This document shows positions 1-9,915 of a DNA stretch of 34,796 nucleotides, piece by piece. The translations under genes were made by a program, and so were the position numbers. The notes below the pieces were generated by a model that was given only the letters and a program-made list of their open reading frames with translations, was not told the DNA's origin and did no database searches. How positions within the stretch are numbered: position 1 is the stretch's first letter; each line of letters starts with the position of its first letter. Origin of the DNA: Bacteriovoracaceae bacterium (lineage in GTDB: Bacteria; Bdellovibrionota; Bacteriovoracia; Bacteriovoracales; Bacteriovoracaceae); contig JABIHA010000122.1 of the NCBI GenBank assembly GCA_018649885.1, positions 62,001-96,796 of the forward strand, in the 5' to 3' direction.

Positions 1-290
1 CCATCTACAAGAAATACCAATTTTTCTGAATTCTTTATGTTCTCGGAATATCTTTTGAAGAACCTTTCGGCCTTAGTAGTCAAAACCCAATCTACCTCAA
101 AACTATTTCTGACATCAATGCCCAAGCTGCCATCTGGGAGCATCTTAATTTTATCCGGTAATTGAATGCATTGAAGGTTTGCGGTAATAGCGGATTCAAT
201 GGAAGCCCGTTTCACCCCAGCTGAATAAAGTACCAAACTTATGGTCTCGCTATCTTGCATAGCATCTAATGGCTGAGTATTGTTTTCCAT
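1..290 (-). CDS. 5' part of a gene running off the window edge; possibly DNA-processing protein DprA (by synteny only)
   Basis: Open frame from ATG at 290 (MENNTQPLDAMQDSETISLVLYSAGVKRASIESAITANLQ...) with no stop to base 1. TPR-LysM-dprA is a common gene order, but the catalytic domain is not in view. Confidence 0.45.
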   Translation of the reverse strand, partial: MENNTQPLDAMQDSETISLVLYSAGVKRASIESAITANLQCIQLPDKIKMLPDGSLGIDVRNSFEVDWVLTTKAERFFKRYSENIKNSEKLVFLVD

Positions 291-333
291 TGTAGGCTTA
301 TATCAAAGATAAAACGATAGGGAAAAGTCACTG

Positions 334-355
334 AAAAGGCCTCGGGGAGAAGGCC
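334..355 (-). terminator. Putative intrinsic terminator after the LysM gene
   Basis: Minus strand GGCCT-tctccccg-AGGCC-TTTT directly after the TAG stop. Confidence 0.5.
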
Positions 356-2632
356 CTAAATATCCTTTTTCTTTAGCTTTTTGATTTGCTCCCGCATTTT
401 TTCATACTCATCTGGATCTAAATTTAGCAGCTCGTCAATTTCCTCAAGGTCATTTTCTGAGAGCCCATAGGGATTGTTGTGATCGCTTAGATCTTCATCA
501 AGATATTTAGTACCAAGCTCGGCTTCGAGCTCATTAAGATCAGCAAATGAATCTGGGTGCTGCCTGTGAGCATTGGCCTCAAGGGAATTGAGGTCTTCTT
601 GCTCAAGAAGTTTATCCTCATCAAGCTTTCCTTCATTGAGTTGGGCCTCAGCAGTCTCAAGCTCTTTTTCTAGTTTTTCGAGCTCATGGAGATCTTTTTC
701 CTGCCCTTTAAGTATTGATCTCTCTCTTTCTTGTCTTTCAAGTTCGTCTAACTCATCTTCAGTCAGCTGAATTTTATCTGCTTTTTCTAATAGATCATCA
801 TTAATATCTTTTAAGGTTAGCTCAGTATCTAGCTCTTCAAGACCACGTTTTTCAATTTCATTGATACTTTTCTGAATAGATTTATTTTTGATTCTGCTCT
901 CTCTTGCAGCGGCCTCAATAGTTTTAGAAAGCATAATAGTTCCATTTTCAAACTCGTTGGAACTTTGAGATACTAAAATTGTTGCAAAATTATCTGTTAA
1001 ATTTATAACAGTCCCCTCTCCAACTTTATAAGATGGATCTGCTGTTATTTGCTTATCAGTCCCTCTATCCGTAAATAGATAGGCTTCAAATATATTACCT
1101 AGCTCAACCCCATCGGCCCTTCCTCTATCAATATAGACAACATCTCCAAAGCTAAAAAGGTTTTGACTACTTTCATGGCCAGCAATGACAGCGGCTTCAA
1201 TATTTCGTGGATTAAAGGATTTGGTAATTTTATCAATTTGAGGTGTATAAACGGTTACTCTGTCTCCCCTATTAATATTCCCAGTTACATTAGAAACTTC
1301 ACACTCCCACAAGTGTCCTTTTTTCTCAAAAACAGTAATTTGACCAACGATTGAATATTTATAACCACTACGATCTGAAATATCATGGCCAATTTCGCCG
1401 TGAGGGGCGTAAAGAGAAAACAAATCCCCAGGAACAATTCGAAGGCCTGGATCAAAATTAATATAAATCCTGTCATAATTGTGAAGATTGATACCTTCAT
1501 TTTGAGCATGATCAACGTAGCCAAAATCTTGAACAATATTTGTAGTCACAAATGTATTAAGATAGAAGCCTTCTTTATAACCAAAGGACTCCCTAGCACT
1601 TTTATCAAAGCCAGTGTCTTCAAACTCTAATATCGGTTCATCAAGATTAATAATCTTTTTGGGTGGGCTATATCTTTCATACTCTCTATTGAGAAGTGGA
1701 GCACTAATTTTCTCAAGATCTTTATAGGTATATTCACTTGAAAATTGAACGTATACCCCTTGCTTAATAAGATCTTCTTTTTCCTTTATCCACTTAGGAA
1801 TCGTATTATCCCCCCACTTACTTAAATCCATAGTCAGCTCAACATTTTCAGACCTGCCTTCGATATTTGAATAAGTTTTAGTTGTGCCTTTTTCAAAAGA
1901 TCCAACAGTTACTTGAGGAGGATTAATTGAATCGCCTGTATCAAATATAAGAACCATTCCTGGCTCAATTTGGTGAGGGTTTGTAATATAACTATTGAGA
2001 GACCAAATTTTGGGATAGTAAAATCCAGATCCAAATAGTTTTTGAGCAATTTTCCAGAGATAGTCACCCTCTTCTACTGTATAATGGTCTTCTTTTGCAT
2101 TTGCTGATAGCTCATTCCATTCTTTCTCAGGAATCTTTCTTTGAATAAATTTTGCTGTCTCAAGTAATGCTTCTTCTTCTTTTCCTACATCAAAGACATC
2201 AAATAAAGGTTTGTCTTTCATATATTTTTTATTATTAACAGTTGGGTCACCTGATTGATCGTCTTTCTCACCTGTAATTTCTTGATAAAGAGTTCCACGC
2301 TCTTTTAACTCTTTTACATCATCTGTGAGTTTTTTTCTTTTGAGTTTAAGTGCTTTTTTTCTACTTTCAGTTTTTCTGGCTTCTTCATCAAAATATAGTG
2401 GACCAATATCACCTTTAAGTGCTTCTAGGTCATCCATTTCTTCTAATTCAGAAATATCTAACTCAAGAAGTTTTTCATCGTGTACCCTATTTCTTTCCTC
2501 TGACTCAGCTTCTCTCAAAACTTTCATATCACTTTCTTCATCTAGTTCTAAATTGGGAAATTCATCGGTTTGAGAATAGGTATTCCCAGAAAATGAAAGA
2601 AGAAAAATAAGAAAACTTAAAAATTTAATCAT
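356..2632 (-). CDS. Secreted LysM peptidoglycan-binding protein with acidic N- and C-terminal extensions
   Basis: Signal peptide; LysM motif HYTVEEGDYLWKIAQKLFGSGFYYPKIWSLNSYITNPHQIEPGMVLIF; C-terminal VYIDRGRADGVELGNIF beta-domain typical of this LysM family. Confidence 0.85.
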   Translation of the reverse strand: MIKFLSFLIFLLSFSGNTYSQTDEFPNLELDEESDMKVLREAESEERNRVHDEKLLELDISELEEMDDLEALKGDIGPLYFDEEARKTESRKKALKLKRKKLTDDVKELKERGTLYQEITGEKDDQSGDPTVNNKKYMKDKPLFDVFDVGKEEEALLETAKFIQRKIPEKEWNELSANAKEDHYTVEEGDYLWKIAQKLFGSGFYYPKIWSLNSYITNPHQIEPGMVLIFDTGDSINPPQVTVGSFEKGTTKTYSNIEGRSENVELTMDLSKWGDNTIPKWIKEKEDLIKQGVYVQFSSEYTYKDLEKISAPLLNREYERYSPPKKIINLDEPILEFEDTGFDKSARESFGYKEGFYLNTFVTTNIVQDFGYVDHAQNEGINLHNYDRIYINFDPGLRIVPGDLFSLYAPHGEIGHDISDRSGYKYSIVGQITVFEKKGHLWECEVSNVTGNINRGDRVTVYTPQIDKITKSFNPRNIEAAVIAGHESSQNLFSFGDVVYIDRGRADGVELGNIFEAYLFTDRGTDKQITADPSYKVGEGTVINLTDNFATILVSQSSNEFENGTIMLSKTIEAAARESRIKNKSIQKSINEIEKRGLEELDTELTLKDINDDLLEKADKIQLTEDELDELERQERERSILKGQEKDLHELEKLEKELETAEAQLNEGKLDEDKLLEQEDLNSLEANAHRQHPDSFADLNELEAELGTKYLDEDLSDHNNPYGLSENDLEEIDELLNLDPDEYEKMREQIKKLKKKDI

Positions 2633-2641
2633 CTACTAAAA

Positions 2642-3403
2642 CTATCCCGCCTTAAAAACATCTTTTAATATGGATATATATTGCTCTTTTTTCTGTACCT
2701 GACCTAGTTTATCTGAGCACGCAGCTCCATACTCCAAAGCCTTTATAACAAGCCCTGAATATGCATGGCCTTGAATGATGGAATCAAAAACTTGTTGGGC
2801 CAAATCATATTCTTTTTGAGCAAATAAAAGCACACCTATTTGGAATTTGGCCCTCACTCTTACTTGCTTTGACCTAGAACTTTCGAGGGCCTGAAGGTAT
2901 TTCATGGCCTCGTTGTATTGCTTCTTATCCATATGATCTAGTGCAGTTTCAAGATGCTTGATCTCTGCCCTAAGTACATCTTCATTGATTTGTGTTGCAG
3001 GCCCTACTTGAAATTGTGAGGGAGCTTGTTTTCTTCCGGTTGAAATTCCACTTTTTCCAAAGACATCAACAGTTTCTCCAAGTTGACCCCCTGTTGCAGC
3101 ATTTGCTTCATTTAAATCTTGTAGAAGCTTCGGATCCACTGCTATAGGCCTTGCATTTTTAGCTGTGGGAGCCCCAGCACCTTGATATTGAAGAGCGCGA
3201 TATTTTTTTAACAAATCATTATATTTGTCTCTTGAGACGGGACCCGTCTCTTTTGGTGGGGCACTTGCTGAAGGGGGGGGTTCTGCCTTATCAACTGATG
3301 ATCTATCAGAGCTGATCCACGAACAGGAAGAAGTAAAAACCAATAATAAAATTAGAAATTGTGGACGAATGGGTCCAGAGCAAAAAAGATTCCTTCTTAT
3401 CAC
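2642..3403 (-). CDS. TPR-containing lipoprotein (CpoB/YbgF-like)
   Basis: Lipobox-like VFTSSC; C-terminal TPR helices (AKFQIGVLLFAQKEYDLAQQVFDSII); 9 bp upstream of the LysM gene. Confidence 0.7.
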   Translation of the reverse strand: MIRRNLFCSGPIRPQFLILLLVFTSSCSWISSDRSSVDKAEPPPSASAPPKETGPVSRDKYNDLLKKYRALQYQGAGAPTAKNARPIAVDPKLLQDLNEANAATGGQLGETVDVFGKSGISTGRKQAPSQFQVGPATQINEDVLRAEIKHLETALDHMDKKQYNEAMKYLQALESSRSKQVRVRAKFQIGVLLFAQKEYDLAQQVFDSIIQGHAYSGLVIKALEYGAACSDKLGQVQKKEQYISILKDVFKAG

Positions 3404-3467
3404 AAGCCGTCCTCCTGACAGTTGCAGATCTTCGCCAAACTTTGACTTTCTCTATCTTTTATTTTAA

Positions 3468-3800
3468 TTGATGAATAATCTGAGTCAACGATATAATTTC
3501 AAATACCTGGAGTTAGTACATTTGAGCACTAATCAATTAACCTATCATAATAATAAACTTCTCTATCAATTGGTGCTGAGAACTCCAAAATCTGATTCAA
3601 CATTTTTATATTTCACCCTGGAAGCCAGTGAAGGTCTTTGTTTTTATTCAACTTTAGATTTTGAAGCAGGTAGTCAAACTCGGGATATAATAATCTCTAC
3701 TCCCATTGAACATAAACAGACACTTACTAATTTCTTATCTCCTTTAAAAGATTCCCTGAGTATTCAACTCATAAAAGAACAGACAATTTTGGACCAATAG
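3468..3800 (+). CDS. DUF4911-like small protein (true start may be further downstream)
   Basis: Motif FLYFTLEASEGLCFYSTLD resembles the DUF4911 family as I recall it. Confidence 0.6.
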   Translation: MMNNLSQRYNFKYLELVHLSTNQLTYHNNKLLYQLVLRTPKSDSTFLYFTLEASEGLCFYSTLDFEAGSQTRDIIISTPIEHKQTLTNFLSPLKDSLSIQLIKEQTILDQ

Positions 3801-3863
3801 ACAACAAGACCTACTCGTTACTAAAATAGAACAATTGCACCAACCTCTTTTTGGAGAATCTAA

Positions 3864-4298
3864 ATGAAGTGGACACTTTTAGTTGGAATATTGCTACCAA
3901 TGACGAGCTTTGCTCTATGCCCAGATCTTGCTGGATCTTATAGCTGTCTATCGAGACAGGGAAAACTGGGAGAGATTATTCAAAAAGAAAAGCGTGGAGT
4001 CACAACTTATCAAATAAAAATGAGTGACGGTCAAGACTTTGAGTATATTGCAGACGGCAATTTGAGAGATCTTCCCGATACTCCCGGCATGGTAGACAAC
4101 ACTCTAAAAGTTGATTGCTTTGAAAATAAGATCGAAGTAGAAACTAATTCTAATGCCGCAGATAAGAAAAAGGTAGTTGGACCTGTTAGCTATCAGCAAA
4201 TCTTTGAAGCTCTTGATGATGGTCTTCTTATCAAAACATCTGGTAATTTTTTGGGAAGCGCAATTCCTGAAGAACAAGAAAAATGTATCAGATTATAA
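3864..4298 (+). CDS. Secreted hypothetical protein with four Cys
   Basis: GGAG RBS; signal peptide ending SFA; CPDLAGSYSC N-terminus and a C-terminal Cys. Confidence 0.75.
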   Translation: MKWTLLVGILLPMTSFALCPDLAGSYSCLSRQGKLGEIIQKEKRGVTTYQIKMSDGQDFEYIADGNLRDLPDTPGMVDNTLKVDCFENKIEVETNSNAADKKKVVGPVSYQQIFEALDDGLLIKTSGNFLGSAIPEEQEKCIRL

Positions 4299-6155
4299 AG
4301 AAGGACAGTCTCTATCAGAAAAATCCATTGTGGTATCTAAGTTAGAAAAAGGTGCTCCGTTACCTGTCACTAAATTGTATAAAGATGTACATCTATAAAG
4401 AGAACACCCTAATTCATGGCTTTTTTTCTCAATGTCCTCAGCACTTGTAAACCAATGAGAAGCTAGGACATAACTTTCCCACTCCTGTTTTGCTGCCTTT
4501 TTTCTCTCTTTCATCGCATCTCTTACACGGCTTGAAGCTCTAATAAGTGGCTCGCCTTGGTAAAATACCTCTGCCAGTTTTCTATTGGTACTAGTTGCAT
4601 TACAACTGGCCCTCTCGAACCTTTCGTCCAAATACCTATTCATATATTCAGCTTGCTTAATGGTCATCGAATAACTAGAGCTAGTTTTAAGTATCTTGTA
4701 ATCTTCCATCAGACGACCTAACACAGGACTTGTCTGGTTTCTTATATGAAAGCCCAAAAGTTTTGTATCAAACTCTGCTTTAAGACATCTATCACTTGAA
4801 GTACCCTTTCTTAAAAGACGTGGCATATCAAGAACATAACTAGTTAAGGAAGTGAGCTGAAAGCTATCTGGCGGTTGATCAAGAAATTTTTCTGTGTATT
4901 TTGTAAATGCCCCAAGCTCTTCTTCACTTGGTCTTTGTCCATTTGCACATTTTAGAATAAAAGATGTTACCTCATCACGAGGAATCTTTTTCAAAAAATC
5001 ATTGCAAACCGGTTTATAGCTCAAACGGTGTGACCAAGGATAAGTAATTCTAGCGTGCCCAATATCATATTCAAAATATTCTCTAAACTGCTTTTCAAAA
5101 TTATCCAAAGTACAATTAGGAGCTGCAACCCCTAGACTTTGATCCCTTCCATGACGAGCTAAATTCAATTTATAATAGAGTCCCTGAAGATCGTCCTTAT
5201 ATTGCTCATAAATAGCAATTTTTCCTAGCGCCATACTCATGGCCTCACTAGTTAAATCAAGCGAATCATGTGTATAAGTAATATGACCACCTTTAGTCCG
5301 ATCCAATCCAACATAATCGGGGGCCTCAAATTTCTGGAATGAATCACCAGAGTAAAGATAGAGTGGCCTTCCCATTCTTGTCGCTTCATCTAGTTTATCT
5401 TTAGAAACATAGTCATAACTGCGACTCTGACAACCAAATACTGCAGATTCAATACTGCCTTTCTTAAGATTGATAAATTCGCACTGCTCGTTAACCGAGA
5501 GATCAATTGCAGCGATAGACTGATCAGTGATTGGTGAATGCACCCTTGGAGGTGGATCGGCCCTTTCAGCAATATCCCCTAAATCTTCAACAAAAACATC
5601 AGTCTTCGAATCAATATATTGAGTTAAGTGATCCCAATTTTTACAACCATCTTTTACCGGTTTTATTTTTCTGTGAATCGAAGAAAAAGTGAGACCTGCT
5701 CCTCTTAAGTTACATTGATGAGTAAGACAATCATCAGCTCCCCAATTTTTAATATCACGACACTTGTCTTTATCTGGAAAGTCTCTACTGACAGCTTCCC
5801 ACCAGCTCATAGAACTTGAAGAAAGTGTGGTCTCTTCACAACTTAACTGATTTATTCTTCCCGCATAATACTTAATCATCACTGCAACATAGAGCTCAGC
5901 GATTATTTCACTACACCGAGCTTCAAGGGGGTCATCTAAATTGATTCCCGATTTAAAGGATGTGTATTGAGCAAACTTTGGGCCTTGAGTTCCAGCATAG
6001 ATTTCATCAATTTTATCTGCATTTCTTAGAAAGCTGGTCACTTTTTGTGGATACTGACCATAACATAGCTTTAGCTCATCCTTATCCGGAAGAGAAGCTC
6101 CAAAAAGCTCTGTGGTAATGGTAAAAAATGACAAAAATATAAATAGTATTCGCAC
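4293..6155 (-). CDS. Large secreted Cys-rich hypothetical protein
   Basis: 620-aa ORF, signal peptide, many Cys; stop overlaps the convergent gene by 6 bp. Confidence 0.75.
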   Translation of the reverse strand: MRILFIFLSFFTITTELFGASLPDKDELKLCYGQYPQKVTSFLRNADKIDEIYAGTQGPKFAQYTSFKSGINLDDPLEARCSEIIAELYVAVMIKYYAGRINQLSCEETTLSSSSMSWWEAVSRDFPDKDKCRDIKNWGADDCLTHQCNLRGAGLTFSSIHRKIKPVKDGCKNWDHLTQYIDSKTDVFVEDLGDIAERADPPPRVHSPITDQSIAAIDLSVNEQCEFINLKKGSIESAVFGCQSRSYDYVSKDKLDEATRMGRPLYLYSGDSFQKFEAPDYVGLDRTKGGHITYTHDSLDLTSEAMSMALGKIAIYEQYKDDLQGLYYKLNLARHGRDQSLGVAAPNCTLDNFEKQFREYFEYDIGHARITYPWSHRLSYKPVCNDFLKKIPRDEVTSFILKCANGQRPSEEELGAFTKYTEKFLDQPPDSFQLTSLTSYVLDMPRLLRKGTSSDRCLKAEFDTKLLGFHIRNQTSPVLGRLMEDYKILKTSSSYSMTIKQAEYMNRYLDERFERASCNATSTNRKLAEVFYQGEPLIRASSRVRDAMKERKKAAKQEWESYVLASHWFTSAEDIEKKSHELGCSLYRCTSLYNLVTGNGAPFSNLDTTMDFSDRDCPSL

Positions 6156-6223
6156 AAGGATTCTATCGGTAAATTAGAGAAATTCTGAACAGAAGAAGAG
6201 TAAAAGACTCGGATAGCTTAAGC

Positions 6224-7570
6224 CTATTTCCCAAGCTCTTTTTTACGCCAAGAAAAATAGATATTATCAAAAATCAATCGATTGACCCCAATAAGAGCTA
6301 AAACCTTTGCATAGGCCCACTTAGGATTAAACTGACCAGTACATAAAAGCTTCATAGAAAAAAGATCGATAATAAGACCCTTGGGAAAAATCGCGAGAAG
6401 AGTCGCCCACTTGCTATCAAACAACCATCTTTTAAAGGTTTTATCAGTAAAACTAGAGTTGTCTTCAATATGCTCAGCAATTAGGTATTCAGCAATTTTC
6501 TCTCTTCCCTCTTCAGTTTGTGAAAACTCGCTGAGATCACCAAATTTAATCTCCATCTTGGTCATCTTCTCAAACATTTTATCTGTGGTGTAGAAACTCT
6601 TTATAAGTTCTTCTTCTTTATCTGGATTTTCTTCAAAGTATAATGCAATTGAATCTTGCAACATCTGGGCCTGTCTCAACATTTCAGGATCATCGTGAAA
6701 TTCTTGTGCCTTTCTTTTGGCCTCTTCTTCAGAATACCCATAGAGATAGGTAAATACTGGTGCTTGAATGCCGTACCTTACAAGCTTAAGTCCTAAGAAT
6801 TCAAAGTTTTTGCTAAAGGCAGAGTGTGAGCTTCCCACAATCTTTGAAAATGGTCCCTTAAAAATATAGTCCAAAATAATTGGAATCGCGAGTTCACTAC
6901 CAAGCTTAATTCCAAATTCTTTATTTGCCCCAGCTATTTCAGTATTATTGGTAGCAAATGCATATGAAGTAGTGATAGCTCCCACTCCAAAATATAGTTT
7001 TCCTAAGGAAAAAGCCGCTCTTGTTTTGTGGGCATTTTTCCCTGCAACTTGACAAGCATTTACCACTGAGTTGTGGTGTCCTGCTCTTCTTCTGGCGGCC
7101 CTTTCGGCCTTCCTTAAAAGAGCTTCTGTCGCCCTTTTGGTTTTGCCTGCAAGAGTCAGTTTTTCAACTTCTTTTAAAAGGTACCTTCCTTCAAGTTGAC
7201 TAAATTTTTTCTCCGATTTTGCAAATTTTGCGAGGTAGCTTGAATCAAACCTGGCTCCCGAGTCTGAAAGAGTTGCACTTTTTTCCATAAACTCATGTAT
7301 GGCCATAGATCTTTGTGAACTCTGCTTATGTCTTGAAATATACTCCACAAAACGTGCGAGTTGTTCAAGTTCTTCTTCAGTGTTTAATTTTTCGTAATGC
7401 CTGGAAAGATCCGCTAATTCATCAACCGAAAGAGTATCTAAGAAGCGAATTTCGTCCCAATGTGAATTAGTTTTGATAAGTTCATGAATTGGTAGGCAAA
7501 GGCCTGAGGCCTCAAGATTTTGTGGTGTGAAAACAATGAATAAGATTGATAAAAATACAAGTCTCCACAT
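6224..7570 (-). CDS. Hypothetical exported/membrane-associated helical protein
   Basis: 448-aa ORF, GAGG RBS, signal peptide, moderately hydrophobic segments in the middle and at the C-terminus. Confidence 0.75.
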   Translation of the reverse strand: MWRLVFLSILFIVFTPQNLEASGLCLPIHELIKTNSHWDEIRFLDTLSVDELADLSRHYEKLNTEEELEQLARFVEYISRHKQSSQRSMAIHEFMEKSATLSDSGARFDSSYLAKFAKSEKKFSQLEGRYLLKEVEKLTLAGKTKRATEALLRKAERAARRRAGHHNSVVNACQVAGKNAHKTRAAFSLGKLYFGVGAITTSYAFATNNTEIAGANKEFGIKLGSELAIPIILDYIFKGPFSKIVGSSHSAFSKNFEFLGLKLVRYGIQAPVFTYLYGYSEEEAKRKAQEFHDDPEMLRQAQMLQDSIALYFEENPDKEEELIKSFYTTDKMFEKMTKMEIKFGDLSEFSQTEEGREKIAEYLIAEHIEDNSSFTDKTFKRWLFDSKWATLLAIFPKGLIIDLFSMKLLCTGQFNPKWAYAKVLALIGVNRLIFDNIYFSWRKKELGK

Positions 7571-7694
7571 AATTGGCCCTCATTGAATTGGCCCCACACC
7601 AATTCACTGGCCTATCTCCTTCTAAGTTTCTTTGAATTTGTAATAAGGCCCGATATTGTAGGCCTTTACAATTTCTCATACGTATTATTTAGTT

Positions 7695-9689
7695 TTAGTA
7701 TCCACTACCAATATTATAAAGGTAAAGGTTTTCTCCCATTTCTGTATCTTTAGCTGTTCCAAAACGATCCCAACCTTGCTCATCAGCACCTAGGTGTGAT
7801 CTTGAAAAAGTTGTCTCGTCGAACCATGTATTTAGTAAATCAAAACTTGAGCCTCCTCTCATATCAGAAGCCTTATACCAAGATTTAGTACTCACTTTTT
7901 GAATAAACATCCAGTGTCTGTGTCCATCACCTGCCATTCCCATAGCGTATCCAGGCTTAGTGAATGCATCTGACTTATTAATATAATATGATGATGCCAC
8001 CCATGGTGAAAATGTTGGTTGATAAAAACCCAGTTTCAAATTGAGCATATCAATTTGATACCAATCAGTGTGACGATCTAAGACAGTAGCAATTCTATCC
8101 CAAGCGATTTCTCTTTCACTAAAAATCTTGTAAAATCCATTGTCCTGCTCTTCTTTCATAGTGGCATTCCAGCCATCCATAACATCAGTTACAAGAACAA
8201 CACCTTTAAACTCGTCCGCGATAAGAATTTCAGTTAAAAGCTCTTTATCATCATTTACATTACCTATTTTTCTTTCAAGTTTTGAAATCTTTGTCTGAAG
8301 CTCCCAATCAGCGTTTTCAGGATCAACTTGCGCTTTTAATTTTTCAATTTGTTTCTCTGTAGCGACATTTGATCTCTCCCATTTTGTTAATTGATTGTAG
8401 AGCGGTTTTTCAGCTCTTTTCATTACTGCTTCAAGCTCTTCAGCATCTTCGCCAATCTCTTTTAATTGGGCAATTGAAGCCTTGAGTGTCACGTAGTGCA
8501 TAATAGTACTGTATTGGTTTGAAATAGCGTACTGACCATTTTTTCTCATTGTTTGAACTTTATTTCTAAGCTTGGCCACTGTATCAGCGCCTTTGTCTTC
8601 GACTGTTTCACCTTCGCCTTGAAGTGATTTATCTAAAACAATCATATCAGCAATTCCATCTTTGTTAACATCATCAGTTACAAATACAAGTGATCTTTTA
8701 TAATCTTTCATAAGGTCATTGTATTTTGATGGATAGAAAAAGAGTCTGTATAAACCGGCTTTAGCAAGATTGTATCTTGTCTTAAAAGGCATGGTGAAAT
8801 AGCCTTCACAATCAGCATCAGTTAAAATACTTTTTGGCTTCGCTGTAGTAGGTGTACTGCAGTTTTTAGCATACACTCTTGTATTCCAGATAAAAGCGTT
8901 ACTTTCTAATGACTGAGGCTTGTAGTTTCCGTCACCTCTAAATTCGTTATAATGATTCTTCTCATCATCAGAGCACTCTGTTCCAGCAAAAAATGCAGAA
9001 AGATTAGACTCATAAGTTGGTAGGTCTAGGTACTCATCTGTTGAAAGATAATTTTTTAACATAAATCTATATTCACAAGTTGTAACGGCCTTAACTGAGT
9101 CTTGCTCAAGTGTTAATGAGCTAGTTGTGTTTTCGGTTTGGCCTAGTCTTTCGCGATAAAGCTCTTCGCTAAACTCTACAAGTTCGTGGTAGCCTTCACC
9201 AGTCACTTGCTCCCAAACACCTTTAGCAGGATCGTAAGTTTGCTCCATATCTGGTACCACTGTGATTCTTTCTGCCCAACCAAGTTTTGATTTTAGCATT
9301 GCTAGATCATCTCTAAACTCAGCACATAAAATTGTAAGAAAATTATGGGCATCAACTGTTACAGCTTCAGGTTTTCCTTCAATCTGCTCTGGTTTACATT
9401 TACCTTTTTTCTTTTTCGATCCATAACAAAGTCCATAAACTTTTTGAATATCGCTATACATATAAAAGCTGTCAGGAACGATTTGACTTAGTTTTGCGGC
9501 TGCCGCTGCAATTTCCTCATTTTCATAATTTGGCTTGGGAATAACTGCTGAGTACCGCTCTATGGCCCCACCTCTTGAGCATAAGTCTTGCCACTGAGAG
9601 TTTAAGCTTTGATCTTCAGCAAACAAAGACATTGAAGCCGCTAAAAGAGCACTTGTCCCGGCCAATTTTAAAAAAAGGTGTCGTTTCAT
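7695..9689 (-). CDS. Secreted hypothetical protein with DxNxDG Ca-binding-like loop and coiled-coil insertion
   Basis: 664-aa ORF, GGAG RBS, signal peptide, DVNKDGIAD motif. Confidence 0.8.
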   Translation of the reverse strand: MKRHLFLKLAGTSALLAASMSLFAEDQSLNSQWQDLCSRGGAIERYSAVIPKPNYENEEIAAAAAKLSQIVPDSFYMYSDIQKVYGLCYGSKKKKGKCKPEQIEGKPEAVTVDAHNFLTILCAEFRDDLAMLKSKLGWAERITVVPDMEQTYDPAKGVWEQVTGEGYHELVEFSEELYRERLGQTENTTSSLTLEQDSVKAVTTCEYRFMLKNYLSTDEYLDLPTYESNLSAFFAGTECSDDEKNHYNEFRGDGNYKPQSLESNAFIWNTRVYAKNCSTPTTAKPKSILTDADCEGYFTMPFKTRYNLAKAGLYRLFFYPSKYNDLMKDYKRSLVFVTDDVNKDGIADMIVLDKSLQGEGETVEDKGADTVAKLRNKVQTMRKNGQYAISNQYSTIMHYVTLKASIAQLKEIGEDAEELEAVMKRAEKPLYNQLTKWERSNVATEKQIEKLKAQVDPENADWELQTKISKLERKIGNVNDDKELLTEILIADEFKGVVLVTDVMDGWNATMKEEQDNGFYKIFSEREIAWDRIATVLDRHTDWYQIDMLNLKLGFYQPTFSPWVASSYYINKSDAFTKPGYAMGMAGDGHRHWMFIQKVSTKSWYKASDMRGGSSFDLLNTWFDETTFSRSHLGADEQGWDRFGTAKDTEMGENLYLYNIGSGY

Positions 9690-9855
9690 AATCTATTCTC
9701 CACAAGTAAAGTGTGTTTGAGCAAAGTTTTTTATATGGCGCACAATAGTATCTGTACAATGAGATTTCCAGCTTTTTACATCACCCTTGTATTATCTTCA
9801 TGTTGAATTAACGCTCTTTAAAATAAGAATTTGCAAAGTAACTTTGGTAGTACTC

Positions 9856-9887
9856 AAAAAAAAGGCCAAAATTAATTTGGCCCTTTT
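9856..9887. terminator. Intrinsic terminator, possibly bidirectional, downstream of the DNase I-like gene
   Basis: A8-GGCCAAA-attaa-TTTGGCC-cTTTT hairpin. Confidence 0.75.
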
Positions 9888-9915
9888 ATGTTGAAAAATA
9901 TTGTGTAATTTTTAT

